A stretch of 60,966 nucleotides of DNA from the NCBI GenBank assembly GCA_964633865.1, contig CAZWIJ010000008.1, positions 1 through 60,966 on the forward strand, in the 5' to 3' direction. Below the pieces are notes generated by a model that did no database searches, was not told where the DNA came from, and worked only from the letters and a program-made list of their open reading frames with translations. Positions 33,127 through 42,700 of this stretch are shown piece after piece. Numbering within the stretch: position 1 is the first letter of the stretch; every line of letters starts with the position of its first letter. The stretch comes from an uncultured Candidatus Saccharibacteria bacterium (lineage in GTDB: Bacteria; Patescibacteriota; Minisyncoccia; SW-4-49-11). A program made the translations under genes and the position numbers.

Positions 33127-33263
33127 TTCCAAATTATAAACCTAAACAAAATGTATTTTTATAAAAATACATTTTTTATTTTATTCAATTTAAATCTAGG
33201 TTAATAAAATAAAAAATTACTCTTTGACATTATCTCTGAGTAATTCTTATAAACAAGGTTTAA

Positions 33264-35381
33264 TTAACCTTTGTTTGTTCTTTTTTCAATAATAGCTTGT
33301 TGAATATTATTTGGAACTTGTTGATAGTTACTAAACTCCATAGAAGCATTTCCTCTTCCTTGAGTCATAGATCTCAATGTTGTTACATAACCAAACATCT
33401 CTGATAAAGGTACTTTAGATGAAACAACTTTTAATCCTCCCATTCTATCTTCCATCTCTTCGATAAGTCCTCTTCTAGCATTTAAATCTCCAACTACATC
33501 TCCCATGTATTGTTCTGGTATTACAACTTCAACCTTCATAATTGGCTCTAATATAACAGGAACAGCTTTTTTAACTGCAGCTGAAACTGCCATAGAACCT
33601 GCTATTTTGAAAGCTGATTCTGATGAGTCAACATCATGATAAGAACCATCATAAACAGTAACCTTAACATTTATAAGCTGATATCCAGCAATAACTCCTC
33701 TCTGAATAGATTCCTTAACTCCTTTCTCTACAGCAGGTAAGTATTCTGATGGAATAGCTCCTCCTTTAATTTCATTAACAAATTGAAATGTTTCTTGAAC
33801 TTCTCCTTCCTCTGCTTCTTCTGGAATATAAGGTTCAACTTTAGCATAAACATCACCATACTGTCCTTTTCCTCCAGATTGTTTGATATATTTACCTTGA
33901 GCTTCTGCTTTAGCTGTAATAGTTTCTTTGTAAGCTACCTGTGGTTGCCCAACATTAACCTCCACTTTAAACTCTCTTTTCATTCTATCCACAATAATAT
34001 CTAAGTGAAGCTCTCCCATACCTGCAATCAAAGTATCTCCTGTAATATCATCACTAGTTACTTTTAAAGTAGGATCTTCTTCAGATAATTTATGCAAAGC
34101 TAAGCTCATTTTTGTTTGATCAGCTTTAGTTTTAGGCTCCAACTTAATCTGAATAACTGGCTCAGGGATAGTCATTCTTTCCAAAATAATAGTATCTTTC
34201 TCATCACATAGAGTATCTCCTGTTGTAGTATTTTTTAACCCAACAATAGCACCTATATCTCCTGCTTTTAGCTCTGATACTTCTGATCTTGAATTTGCAT
34301 GCATCTTAACAAGTCTAGAAATTCTTTCTTTTTCACCTTTTGTTGAATTAAGAACATATGAACCACTTTTCAATATTCCTGAATATACTCTAAAGAAAAC
34401 CAATTGCCCGATATAAGGATCTGAAACCACTTTGAAAGCTAGTCCAGCCAAAGGAGCATTATCATCAGCTTCTCTTTCAATTTCTTTTTCTTTATCTTTA
34501 ATAGAAGTACCTATAGCAGCAGGAATATCTAGTGGAGAAGGTAAATAATCTATAACTGCATCTAATAGCTTTTTAACAATTGCTGTTCTAGAGTCCCCTC
34601 CCAAGATAGGAAAAATCTTACTTTCTAAAGTCCCTTTCCTTATAGCATATTTTAGTTCCTCTTCTGACAAAACTCCATCATTCAAAAATAATTCTATCAA
34701 TCTATCATCTACCTCAGAAACTTTTTCCATTAATTCCATTCTGTACTCTTCAACCTTTTCTACCATATCAGCTGGAATAGGTGCTTCGATAATATCAGTC
34801 ATCCCTGTTTCATCTGAATAAACAAATGCTTTATTTAAAACCAAATCAACAATTCCTTTGATTCCTTGTTCAAAACCAATAGGAAGAGCAACTACCACTG
34901 CATTTTTAGATAATCTTTCTTTAATTGAATCAACTGATTTATAAAAATCTCCTCCTGTTTGATTAATTTTATTAACAAAACAAATTCTAGGTACTTTATA
35001 TCTATCAGCTTGTCTCCAAACAGTTTCTGATTGAGGTTCTACACCCATTTTCCCATCAAATACAGTGACAGCTCCATCAAGAACTCTAAGAGATCTCTCT
35101 ACTTCCATTGTAAAATCAACATGTCCAGGAGTATCAATAATGTTAATTCTATGATTATCCCAATAACAGGTTGTTGCTGCTGATGTAATAGTTATACCTC
35201 TTTCTTGTTCTTGTTCCATCCAATCCATAGTAGCAGCACCATCATGAACTTCTCCTATTTTATGAGATACTCCTGTAAAATAAAGTATTCTTTCTGTTGT
35301 AGTAGTTTTTCCAGCATCTATATGAGCAATAATTCCAATATTTCTACTATTTTTTAATGAAATATTTTTTTCTTCTGACAT
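33264..35381 (-). CDS. fusA: Elongation factor G
   Basis: 705 aa. [30 protein letters not shown]-type NKIN. Confidence 0.97.
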   Translation of the reverse strand: MSEEKNISLKNSRNIGIIAHIDAGKTTTTERILYFTGVSHKIGEVHDGAATMDWMEQEQERGITITSAATTCYWDNHRINIIDTPGHVDFTMEVERSLRVLDGAVTVFDGKMGVEPQSETVWRQADRYKVPRICFVNKINQTGGDFYKSVDSIKERLSKNAVVVALPIGFEQGIKGIVDLVLNKAFVYSDETGMTDIIEAPIPADMVEKVEEYRMELMEKVSEVDDRLIELFLNDGVLSEEELKYAIRKGTLESKIFPILGGDSRTAIVKKLLDAVIDYLPSPLDIPAAIGTSIKDKEKEIEREADDNAPLAGLAFKVVSDPYIGQLVFFRVYSGILKSGSYVLNSTKGEKERISRLVKMHANSRSEVSELKAGDIGAIVGLKNTTTGDTLCDEKDTIILERMTIPEPVIQIKLEPKTKADQTKMSLALHKLSEEDPTLKVTSDDITGDTLIAGMGELHLDIIVDRMKREFKVEVNVGQPQVAYKETITAKAEAQGKYIKQSGGKGQYGDVYAKVEPYIPEEAEEGEVQETFQFVNEIKGGAIPSEYLPAVEKGVKESIQRGVIAGYQLINVKVTVYDGSYHDVDSSESAFKIAGSMAVSAAVKKAVPVILEPIMKVEVVIPEQYMGDVVGDLNARRGLIEEMEDRMGGLKVVSSKVPLSEMFGYVTTLRSMTQGRGNASMEFSNYQQVPNNIQQAIIEKRTNKG

Positions 35382-35420
35382 AATAATTTATTATTTTAAA
35401 ATTAAATAGATTTAAAAGTA

Positions 35421-35888
35421 CTATCTCAAATGAGCAAATGCTCTGTTAGCTTCAGCCATTCTATGAGTATCTTCTTTTTTCTTAATAACAGATCCTGCTT
35501 TGTTGTAGGCATCTATTATTTCTGTTGCTAGTTTTTGATGCATAGCTCTACCTTTTTTCTTTTTTGCAGCATCTAATATCCATCTAAAAGCTAACGAGAT
35601 TCTTCTTTCAGCTCTAACTTCAATAGGTACTTGATAATTCGCTCCTCCAACTCTTCTTGATTTAACCTCTACCATAGGGGCTACATTTTTGATAGCTGCA
35701 TTAAATGAAGTCATAGCATCTTTACCAGTTTCTTTCTCAACTAATTCCATACAATCATAAAATATTTCTCTTGCAACAGATTTTTTACCGTGCAACATGA
35801 TATAATTAATGAATTGAGCAGCTAGAACACTTTTATATTTTGGATCAGGTTCTAGGACTCTTGTATAATTTCTACTTTTTCTAGGCAT
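35421..35888 (-). CDS. rpsG: 30S ribosomal protein S7
   Basis: 155 aa. MPRKSRNY...GKKSVAREIFY...ANRAFAHLR. Confidence 0.97.
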   Translation of the reverse strand: MPRKSRNYTRVLEPDPKYKSVLAAQFINYIMLHGKKSVAREIFYDCMELVEKETGKDAMTSFNAAIKNVAPMVEVKSRRVGGANYQVPIEVRAERRISLAFRWILDAAKKKKGRAMHQKLATEIIDAYNKAGSVIKKKEDTHRMAEANRAFAHLR

Positions 35889-35899
35889 AATAGTTTAAA

Positions 35900-36313
35900 T
35901 TATTTCTTCTCTTTTTTAACTCCATATTTACTTCTCTGCTGAGAACGACCACTTACTCCTGCAGTATCTAGAGTTCCTCTTACAATATGATATCTAACTC
36001 CAGGTAAATCTTTTACTCTTCCTCCTCTAATCATTACAACAGAGTGCTCTTGTAAATTATGTCCTTCTCCTGGAATATATGCTGTAACTTCTTGATCATT
36101 AGATAATCTTACTCTAGCAATCTTTCTTAAAGCTGAGTTAGGCTTTTTAGGTGTTACGGTTGTAACTTTAACACAAACCCCTCTCTTGAAAGGAGAATTT
36201 GACTCTAAAGGCTTATTTTTAAGTACATTGAAGGTTTTTCCAAGTGCTGGAGACTTGGTTTTTTTAGTAGAACTAATTCGTCCTTTTCTCACTAATTGTT
36301 GAGTTGTTGGCAT
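35900..36313 (-). CDS. rpsL: 30S ribosomal protein S12
   Basis: 137 aa. [12 protein letters not shown]...[10 protein letters not shown]...GHNLQEHS. Confidence 0.97.
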   Translation of the reverse strand: MPTTQQLVRKGRISSTKKTKSPALGKTFNVLKNKPLESNSPFKRGVCVKVTTVTPKKPNSALRKIARVRLSNDQEVTAYIPGEGHNLQEHSVVMIRGGRVKDLPGVRYHIVRGTLDTAGVSGRSQQRSKYGVKKEKK

Positions 36314-36395
36314 AAATATTTTTAAATAATAAATTATATATAAATTTCTTCCTCTCTAAACACCAAAAGAAAGGTTCGCTGGGGAACTTGTATCT

Positions 36396-36424
36396 ATTGT
36401 ATTACTAAATTTGATTTTTGTCAA
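36396..36424 (-). promoter_or_regulatory. Promoter of the rpsL-rpsG-fusA operon
   Basis: The minus strand reads TTGACA (36424-36419), a 17-nt spacer, then TACAAT (36401-36396). The leader is about 80 nt. Confidence 0.5.
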
Positions 36425-36464
36425 ATAAAATACCACCTCTTAAATTAAAGAGATGGTTTAAATA

Positions 36465-36686
36465 TTAAAAAATATATTTAAGCATTTCACTAGCTTTTTC
36501 ATAAGCTTGATCATAAGATGAAAATGGTCCAGCAACCCTTACCATTCCATCATTTTCACAATGCCCCCAAAAGACATGATTATCTTTATCTTCAAATATA
36601 GATATATAATCTATACTTTTTACAATCTTCCAATTATCTTGGTTTTTTAAACTAGTTTTCTCTAAATTATCTCCAACTATTGACAT
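36465..36686 (-). CDS. Hypothetical protein (73 aa)
   Basis: Intact ORF with GAGG-type RBS context. A hairpin plus T-run lies downstream (~36431-36456). Confidence 0.5.
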   Translation of the reverse strand: MSIVGDNLEKTSLKNQDNWKIVKSIDYISIFEDKDNHVFWGHCENDGMVRVAGPFSSYDQAYEKASEMLKYIF

Positions 36687-36737
36687 ACAGAAACCTCTTT
36701 CTAAATATCCTTTCTAATTATATGCAATTTATAAATT

Positions 36738-36766
36738 TTGTCAATATCAATTATCTATGCTATAAT
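36738..36766 (+). promoter_or_regulatory. Promoter giving a probably leaderless mRNA
   Basis: TTGTCA at 36738-36743, a 17-nt spacer, and TATAAT at 36761-36766. The ATG lies 7 nt downstream. Confidence 0.5.
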
Positions 36767-36773
36767 AAGCTAT

Positions 36774-37181
36774 ATGAAAAAATTATTTAAATTTTTACCT
36801 ACTATACTTATCTGTTCCATAATTATTTTATTATCTCACAAATCTGGGCTTAAAAGTAATTTTAGTCAAGTAACAGATATTATTCTAAGAAAACAAGCTC
36901 ATATATTTGAATTTGCTCTTTTATATCTGTCTTTTTTCTTAGCTATTAGTGATAATATAAAAAAGATAAGATACAGTGAATTTAAAAATTTATCCATTAT
37001 TTCTTTTATTTTTGTATTGATATTTTCCCTATCTGATGAATGGCATCAATCTATGGTGATATCAAGAACAGCGAAACCGATTGATATATTGTACGATTCT
37101 TTGGGTGGGCTTGTAGGGTATGTATTAATGTGGAATATTTTTATTTATCACAAGATTAAAGATAATGTTTTTGAGAAGTAA
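36774..37181 (+). CDS. VanZ-like membrane protein
   Basis: The start at 36774 (MKKLFKFLPT...) is preferred because the ORF-track start at 36738 lies inside the -35 box. The motif SDEWHQS is typical of VanZ-like proteins. About 4 TM segments. Confidence 0.6.
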   Translation: MKKLFKFLPTILICSIIILLSHKSGLKSNFSQVTDIILRKQAHIFEFALLYLSFFLAISDNIKKIRYSEFKNLSIISFIFVLIFSLSDEWHQSMVISRTAKPIDILYDSLGGLVGYVLMWNIFIYHKIKDNVFEK

Positions 37182-37266
37182 AATTTGTTTATCTTTTGTT
37201 ATGTGTACTCAGCTAAATGAAATTTAGCTCAAGCTCGAGTAGTAGGAGCAAAGAGGAGAAGCTGAT

Positions 37267-37515
37267 TTAACGATTTTTAATTTTATCGCTTATTATTAGA
37301 ATGATAAATATTATAATTGACCAAATAATAATATTTCCAAAATAAGCATAATTGTTTGAAATACCTGCATCACCAAACATTTGATATGTTTTTATTGGAA
37401 ATCCAGTAGAAAAGTAAGGTCCAATATCTGTATTATAAAAATTAAATGGAATTAAGCTGGTTATCATTGTAATTACAAATCCAGATATTGAGGAGATAAG
37501 AATTTTTTTCTTCAT
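37267..37515 (-). CDS. Small membrane protein (82 aa)
   Basis: Two hydrophobic helices. No motif recognised. Confidence 0.45.
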   Translation of the reverse strand: MKKKILISSISGFVITMITSLIPFNFYNTDIGPYFSTGFPIKTYQMFGDAGISNNYAYFGNIIIWSIIIFIILIISDKIKNR

Positions 37516-37864
37516 ATTTTTAGTTTGTAAAAGATTTTATATAAATATTGCATAATCTATTTTTTCTTATTTTTTTATTACAATACTAGAGTTTATTTTT
37601 GAGAAAATGCAATAATATAATAAAGCCATACCTTATTTCTTTCCACTTACTACAACTATTTCTAATTGGCGATGTACTACTCCGTTTTTGGCGGATTTTT
37701 AAAAAATCTTCAATTGTCATTGTAATATTGGTTTAATAATAAATTCAGATAAAGTCTAACTGATGTAGAAATAATAATTTTATTTGTCATTATATAATCA
37801 TATTTTTTTATTGGGCCTTAGTTACATTTTCTGCTAATGATTATTGATATCTGATTTCAAGGTA

Positions 37865-38206
37865 TTAATCAATCGGAAAATCCAACTGTTCTTTTGGAAT
37901 TCCTAGAGATAAACCATATTCAAAAACAGGTTTCCAAGTAACTTTGCTATCAAAATTAAACTCAAATTTTTTATCTTTAAAAATTGCAATAACGTTTCGT
38001 CCTTTCCAAAAATGCATATACCATTTCTGCTTAATATTTTTAGAAAGTCGAACAATATCTTCTTTGGAAACCTGAACAGTATAAATATGCCATCTATCAG
38101 CTGGATTTTCTTCTTTTGATATACGAAATTCAATAATTTTAAAATCGTTGAGAATTCTATTATCTGCCAAGCTTTCTTCAATGATTACACCTTTATATTG
38201 ACTCAT
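37865..38206 (-). CDS. Hypothetical protein (113 aa)
   Basis: Longest frame at this locus. The overlapping 37903-38181 frame has an implausible composition. Confidence 0.5.
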   Translation of the reverse strand: MSQYKGVIIEESLADNRILNDFKIIEFRISKEENPADRWHIYTVQVSKEDIVRLSKNIKQKWYMHFWKGRNVIAIFKDKKFEFNFDSKVTWKPVFEYGLSLGIPKEQLDFPID

Positions 38207-38398
38207 ATTATCATTAAAATTATCTAATGAGCCAGCCGTAATTGGATTACATATAACACAAATTTATAAGAAGTTCGACTAAACTCTGTATATTATTCTC
38301 TTTATTATTATACTTTTTTTATAAACAATATACAAGTATATATAAATATATTATTACTAAGCTTTTAAAATTATTAGAAATTACATTACAAATACATA

Positions 38399-38429
38399 AC
38401 AAAAAACAAGATCTTTTTAGGAGCTTGTT
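38399..38429 (-). terminator. Terminator after rpsI
   Basis: AACAAG (38405-38410) pairs with CTTGTT (38424-38429), with T6 on the minus strand. Confidence 0.5.
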
Positions 38430-38445
38430 TTGAAATAGAACATTT

Positions 38446-38856
38446 TTATCTCTTAGACCACTGTCCAGCTTTTCTAGCTTTCTTTAATCCCGGTTTCTTT
38501 CTTTCCTTAGCTCTAGGATTTCTAGTTAGATATCCATTATCTTTCAATTGTTTCTTTAGAGTCTCATCATACTTAACTAAAGCTCTTGATAATCCTAGTT
38601 GAATTGCTTCAGCTTGACCTGTAATTCCTCCACCATCAACATGAACTGATATGTCAAATATTTCAGTTGCGAGTACGGATAATGGTTTTTTTACAGATGT
38701 AATTTTGTCTTCTAAATCAAAATATTTGTCTATAGCCAAGTCATTAACAACTATAGCATGTGTTTTTTTTGTTGAAGGAGTTATTCTTACTCTAGCGGAT
38801 GAAGTTTTTCTTCTTCCAATTCCTTCAAAATATGTAATTTGCTTACTTGTAGCCAT
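38446..38856 (-). CDS. rpsI: 30S ribosomal protein S9
   Basis: 136 aa. GRRKTSSARVRI...C-terminal KKARKAGQWSKR. Confidence 0.95.
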   Translation of the reverse strand: MATSKQITYFEGIGRRKTSSARVRITPSTKKTHAIVVNDLAIDKYFDLEDKITSVKKPLSVLATEIFDISVHVDGGGITGQAEAIQLGLSRALVKYDETLKKQLKDNGYLTRNPRAKERKKPGLKKARKAGQWSKR

Positions 38857-38862
38857 AAAAAT

Positions 38863-39225
38863 TTAATTTATATCTCCTTTATACATAACCAATCTATTTA
38901 ACATCTTAGCTCTAAGTCTATTCTTAGGTAACATACCATAAATAGCTTTTCTTAAAACTTGTGTTGAATCTTTAATCATTAATTTATCTGCTGTTATAGA
39001 CTTGATTCCACCTGGTCTTAGTGTATGTCTATAGTATGTTTTTTGAGCAATTTTATTAGGATGTATAGATAATTTATCTGTATTTGTAACTATAACTTTA
39101 CAACCTTCATCTTTATGGTACTCAAAACTTGGGTCATTTTTACCCATTAATAACTTAGAAATATCAGATGCTAGAGATCCAAGTCTAATATTTTCAGCAT
39201 TTATAATAACTTCTTTTCTTTGCAT
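38863..39225 (-). CDS. rplM: 50S ribosomal protein L13 (short N-terminus)
   Basis: 120 aa. LGSLASDISKLLMGKNDP, KTYYRHTLRPGG, AIYGMLPKNRL. Confidence 0.9.
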   Translation of the reverse strand: MQRKEVIINAENIRLGSLASDISKLLMGKNDPSFEYHKDEGCKVIVTNTDKLSIHPNKIAQKTYYRHTLRPGGIKSITADKLMIKDSTQVLRKAIYGMLPKNRLRAKMLNRLVMYKGDIN

Positions 39226-39232
39226 ATATTTA

Positions 39233-39583
39233 TTACTTGACTAGTTCTATAATGGCCATTTTTGACACATCGCTCTTTCTTATAGGAGCTTTAATAATTC
39301 TTGTATAACCTCCATTTCTTTCTACATACATTGGAGCTATTGTATGTATTAACTTATTAGTAGAGTCTTTGGTTAAATATCTCATCAATAGTCTTCTAGA
39401 AGACAAATCTCCTTTCTTTGCATATGTGATCATTCTTTCAACAAAAGGTCTTAGTGCCTTAGCTTTAACTTCTGTTGTAGTAATACTCTCATGCAAAACT
39501 AGGTCATTTGACAGAGACCTTAACAAAGATTTCCTTTGTTCTCTATTTCTACCTAACTTTTTAAGCTTATTTCCTTTATTCAT
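39233..39583 (-). CDS. rplQ: 50S ribosomal protein L17
   Basis: 116 aa. LGRNREQRKSLLRSLSNDLVLHESITTTEVKAKALRPFVERMIT. Confidence 0.95.
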   Translation of the reverse strand: MNKGNKLKKLGRNREQRKSLLRSLSNDLVLHESITTTEVKAKALRPFVERMITYAKKGDLSSRRLLMRYLTKDSTNKLIHTIAPMYVERNGGYTRIIKAPIRKSDVSKMAIIELVK

Positions 39584-39607
39584 AATAATTTACACTAAAT
39601 AATACAT

Positions 39608-40552
39608 CTATTCTATTTCTACACCAAATTGCTTCAACTGATCTAACAAATTATCAACTGCTTTTGCTGAAATTCCCTTTATTGCTGAAAGCTGATCTTT
39701 ACTCAATTGAGCAAGTTGAGCTACATTAAGTATACCTGCTGATTCCAAAGCTTTGATTGTTCTTTGAGTAACTTTAAGAATATTTAAATCTATACTAGAT
39801 AATTCTACTGTAGGTTCTTTATATTCATCTTCAACTTTTCCATTACCAAATGTCATACTGGATCTCGCATCTCCTGCCAAACATTCTAACTGAGCAATCA
39901 AAATTGTTGCTGATTGTTCAATAGCTGACAATGGAGAGATTGACCCATCGGTTGTTATATCTAATATAATTTTATTATAATTAGTTTTATCACCTACTCT
40001 AACATCTTCCACTTCATAAGAAACTCTATTTATAGGTGAAAATATTGAGTCTACAGCCATTAATCCTATTTCAGTTTTTGAGTGTTGTTCAGTACCTCTT
40101 CTCAAGCCAAATCCTTTCTCAACTATCAATTCCATCTCAATAGTTTTATCAGCTTCGGTAACTGTCATAATATGTGCATCCTTATTAATCAAAACTAATT
40201 CAGCTGGAAGTTTTATATCATTCCCCGTAATTTTCTTTGCACCTGTTGATTTTATTGTTACTCTAATAGGTTCATTTAATGTTGTTTCAAATCTAAGTTC
40301 TTTTATATTTAATGTAATATCCAAAACATCTTCTAGAACACCTGGTATTGTTGTAAATTCATGATCTACACCATTAATTTTGTAATATGTAACAGATGTT
40401 CCAAGAAGAGAAGACAACATAATTCGTCTCAATGAATTAGCTATAGTAACTCCATAACCTGGATTTAGAGGTTCAATTGAGAACTTAGATCTATTACTAG
40501 ATATTTCTTCAACTAAAGCTGGTTTATTTGGAAGGATGATATGTTTGTGCAT
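39608..40552 (-). CDS. rpoA: DNA-directed RNA polymerase subunit alpha
   Basis: 314 aa. GYGVTIANSLRRIMLSSLLG. The C-terminal domain contains LSVRTxNxL-like LKVTQRTIKALESAGI. Confidence 0.95.
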   Translation of the reverse strand: MHKHIILPNKPALVEEISSNRSKFSIEPLNPGYGVTIANSLRRIMLSSLLGTSVTYYKINGVDHEFTTIPGVLEDVLDITLNIKELRFETTLNEPIRVTIKSTGAKKITGNDIKLPAELVLINKDAHIMTVTEADKTIEMELIVEKGFGLRRGTEQHSKTEIGLMAVDSIFSPINRVSYEVEDVRVGDKTNYNKIILDITTDGSISPLSAIEQSATILIAQLECLAGDARSSMTFGNGKVEDEYKEPTVELSSIDLNILKVTQRTIKALESAGILNVAQLAQLSKDQLSAIKGISAKAVDNLLDQLKQFGVEIE

Positions 40553-40576
40553 ATAATTATATTTATTATACTTCTA

Positions 40577-41179
40577 TTATCTAGAATAAAATTGAACAAC
40601 TAATGAAATATTAAATTGTTTACTAATCTCTTCTATATTTGGGTTTCCTTGAACTTTAACCTTTCCAGAATTCTTATCTAAATTCAACCAACCGTTTACA
40701 TCTAAAGTCTTTAAATATTCTTTTCTTTCTAATACTAACTTTGATTTAACATCTTTAAATTCTACAACATCACCTGATTGTACTGAGTAACTTGATATTG
40801 TTACTTTCTTCCCATTAACTAAGATATGACCATGCAAAATTAATTGCCTAGCTTGCTCTCTAGTCAGAGCCATTTGTGATCTATAGACTATATTGTCTAA
40901 TCTTCTTTCTAATAAATTTAATAGTTCTACTGGGGTAGATTCAGATGAAGATAGAGCTTTATTATAAACATTTCTAAACTGTGTTTCTTTCATTCCATAA
41001 ACTATCTTCATTTTTTGTTTTTCTTTTAATTGCATTCCGTACTCAGATAAATTCTTTCTTCTTTTTTGAGTACCATGAACTCCAGGTGGAGTTGCTAACT
41101 TATTATCTGATACCTTAACTTCAGGAAATAATCTTTCCCCAAATTTTCTACATAACTTTGTCTTCTTTCTATTATACAT
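40577..41179 (-). CDS. rpsD: 30S ribosomal protein S4
   Basis: 200 aa. S4 RNA-binding domain [34 protein letters not shown]. Confidence 0.95.
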   Translation of the reverse strand: MYNRKKTKLCRKFGERLFPEVKVSDNKLATPPGVHGTQKRRKNLSEYGMQLKEKQKMKIVYGMKETQFRNVYNKALSSSESTPVELLNLLERRLDNIVYRSQMALTREQARQLILHGHILVNGKKVTISSYSVQSGDVVEFKDVKSKLVLERKEYLKTLDVNGWLNLDKNSGKVKVQGNPNIEEISKQFNISLVVQFYSR

Positions 41180-41202
41180 AGTATTATAACAATAAAATTA
41201 AA

Positions 41203-41631
41203 TTATACTCTTCTAGGTTTTCTTTGTCTTGTACCATTGTGAGGGACAGGTGTCACATCTTTTATGGAGACAATACTAAGACCTGTTGCTGCAAGACCTC
41301 TAATCGCTGCTTCTCTTCCTGATCCAACTCCTTTTACAATAATCTTTATTTCTTGCAATCCTGTTTTCTTTACTTTTTCAAAAACATTTTTTGCAACTAA
41401 AGTAGCAGCATAAGGGGTAGCTTTTTTAGCTCCTTTAAATCCAAGAGATCCAGAAGAACTCCAAGATAAAATATTACCAGACAAATCAGCAAGTGCTACT
41501 TTTGTATTATTATAAGTAGATTGAATATATCCAATACCTCTTATAACCTTTTTCTTGGATGAAGTTTCTTTTACACTAGATTTTAATCCAGATGCGGTAT
41601 CTCCTTTTTGTACAACTCTTTTTTTTCCCAT
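41203..41631 (-). CDS. rpsK: 30S ribosomal protein S11
   Basis: 142 aa. GYIQSTYNNTKVALADLSGNILSWSSSGSLGFKGAKKATPYAA. Confidence 0.95.
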   Translation of the reverse strand: MGKKRVVQKGDTASGLKSSVKETSSKKKVIRGIGYIQSTYNNTKVALADLSGNILSWSSSGSLGFKGAKKATPYAATLVAKNVFEKVKKTGLQEIKIIVKGVGSGREAAIRGLAATGLSIVSIKDVTPVPHNGTRQRKPRRV

Positions 41632-41666
41632 ATATAATTATAATAATCTAATATTCAAGTTAATAA

Positions 41667-42050
41667 CTATGTTTTATCAACTGATCTTCTTCCACTTCCC
41701 ATAGTCCTTCTTACATTGCCTCTTACAGTTCTAGAATTTGTCTTTGTTCTAGCTTTTATAGGTAATTTTTTAGCATGTCTAGAACCTCTATATGATGCTA
41801 TATCTTTCAATCTTTTAATATTTGTAGACACTTCTCTTCTCAAATCTCCCTCAATTTTATAGTTTTTCTCAATATATTCTTTCAGGGATGACACTTCTTT
41901 TACAGTTAAAGTTTTAGCTTTTCTGTATGGATCTATATTAACTTGACCCAAAATAAACTTAGACCTAGTTGGTCCTATACCATAAATATAGGTAAGTGCG
42001 ATATCTATGTTTTTTGATTCTGGAATTATTACTCCTGCTATTCTTATCAT
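41667..42050 (-). CDS. rpsM: 30S ribosomal protein S13
   Basis: 127 aa. MIRIAGVIIPESKNIDIALTYIYGIGPT. Confidence 0.95.
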   Translation of the reverse strand: MIRIAGVIIPESKNIDIALTYIYGIGPTRSKFILGQVNIDPYRKAKTLTVKEVSSLKEYIEKNYKIEGDLRREVSTNIKRLKDIASYRGSRHAKKLPIKARTKTNSRTVRGNVRRTMGSGRRSVDKT

Positions 42051-42075
42051 TATAGTATTATATTAATTAACAAGA

Positions 42076-42192
42076 TTAACCTTGTCTTTGTTTATGACGA
42101 GGACTAACATCACAGATAACTCTAATGACACCTCTTCTCTTTATAACTTTACACTTATTGCATCGTTTTTTGACTGAAGCTTGAACTTTCAT
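42076..42192 (-). CDS. rpmJ: 50S ribosomal protein L36 (unannotated in the ORF track)
   Basis: Hand translation gives [38 protein letters not shown] (38 aa). It lies between infA and rpsM, as expected. Confidence 0.9.
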   Translation of the reverse strand: MKVQASVKKRCNKCKVIKRRGVIRVICDVSPRHKQRQG

Positions 42193-42198
42193 ATAGGT

Positions 42199-42429
42199 TT
42201 AATTTCTTCTTATAATTCTTCCCTTAGCTAAATTATACAAACTTAACTCGACTAGTACTTTATCTCCTGGCAAAACTCGAATATAATTCATTCTCATTTT
42301 TCCTGATAAGTGAGCTAGAGTCTCTGTACCATCTTCAAACATTACTATGAATGTAGTGTTGGGTAAAACTTCTTTTACCAGACCTTCTTTCTCTATAATG
42401 CTCTTAGATTCACTTTGACTTTTTGCCAT
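42199..42429 (-). CDS. infA: Translation initiation factor IF-1
   Basis: 76 aa. [43 protein letters not shown]. Confidence 0.95.
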   Translation of the reverse strand: MAKSQSESKSIIEKEGLVKEVLPNTTFIVMFEDGTETLAHLSGKMRMNYIRVLPGDKVLVELSLYNLAKGRIIRRN

Positions 42430-42474
42430 AAATTATTGTTAAATTAATACTTTTGCTAAGACTACTTGTTAACT

Positions 42475-42503
42475 AGTATAAAATATGTTAACAGTTTTGT
42501 CAA
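42475..42503 (-). promoter_or_regulatory. Promoter of the infA-to-rpsI ribosomal block
   Basis: The minus strand reads TTGACA (42503-42498), a 17-nt spacer, then TATACT (42480-42475). Confidence 0.55.
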
Positions 42504-42700
42504 CATAAAAACTAGTTTTTAAAATATCAATACTAATGATACTACAAATCCTAAAATTTATCAAGTGTTATTACTTGTATAATATCATTATTTTTAAAAT
42601 TTTAATAGTGAATTATATATAATTTGTATTATTCTCATAAATTTTGTATAATTTATATAAATAGTATCCAAATAATTTTAAATTTTAACCATAAAACAAT

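Noticed and set aside
37516-37864. 350-bp non-coding gap examined for an ncRNA (RNase P, tmRNA, SRP, 6S) or a small gene
   Set aside because: There are no conserved ncRNA signature sequences and no stable extended helices. The only ORF is a 44-codon minus-strand frame without RBS or promoter.
37903-38181. 92-aa ORF overlapping 37865-38206 in another frame on the same strand
   Set aside because: It is fully nested in the longer frame. The longer frame has a more protein-like composition and a defined start.
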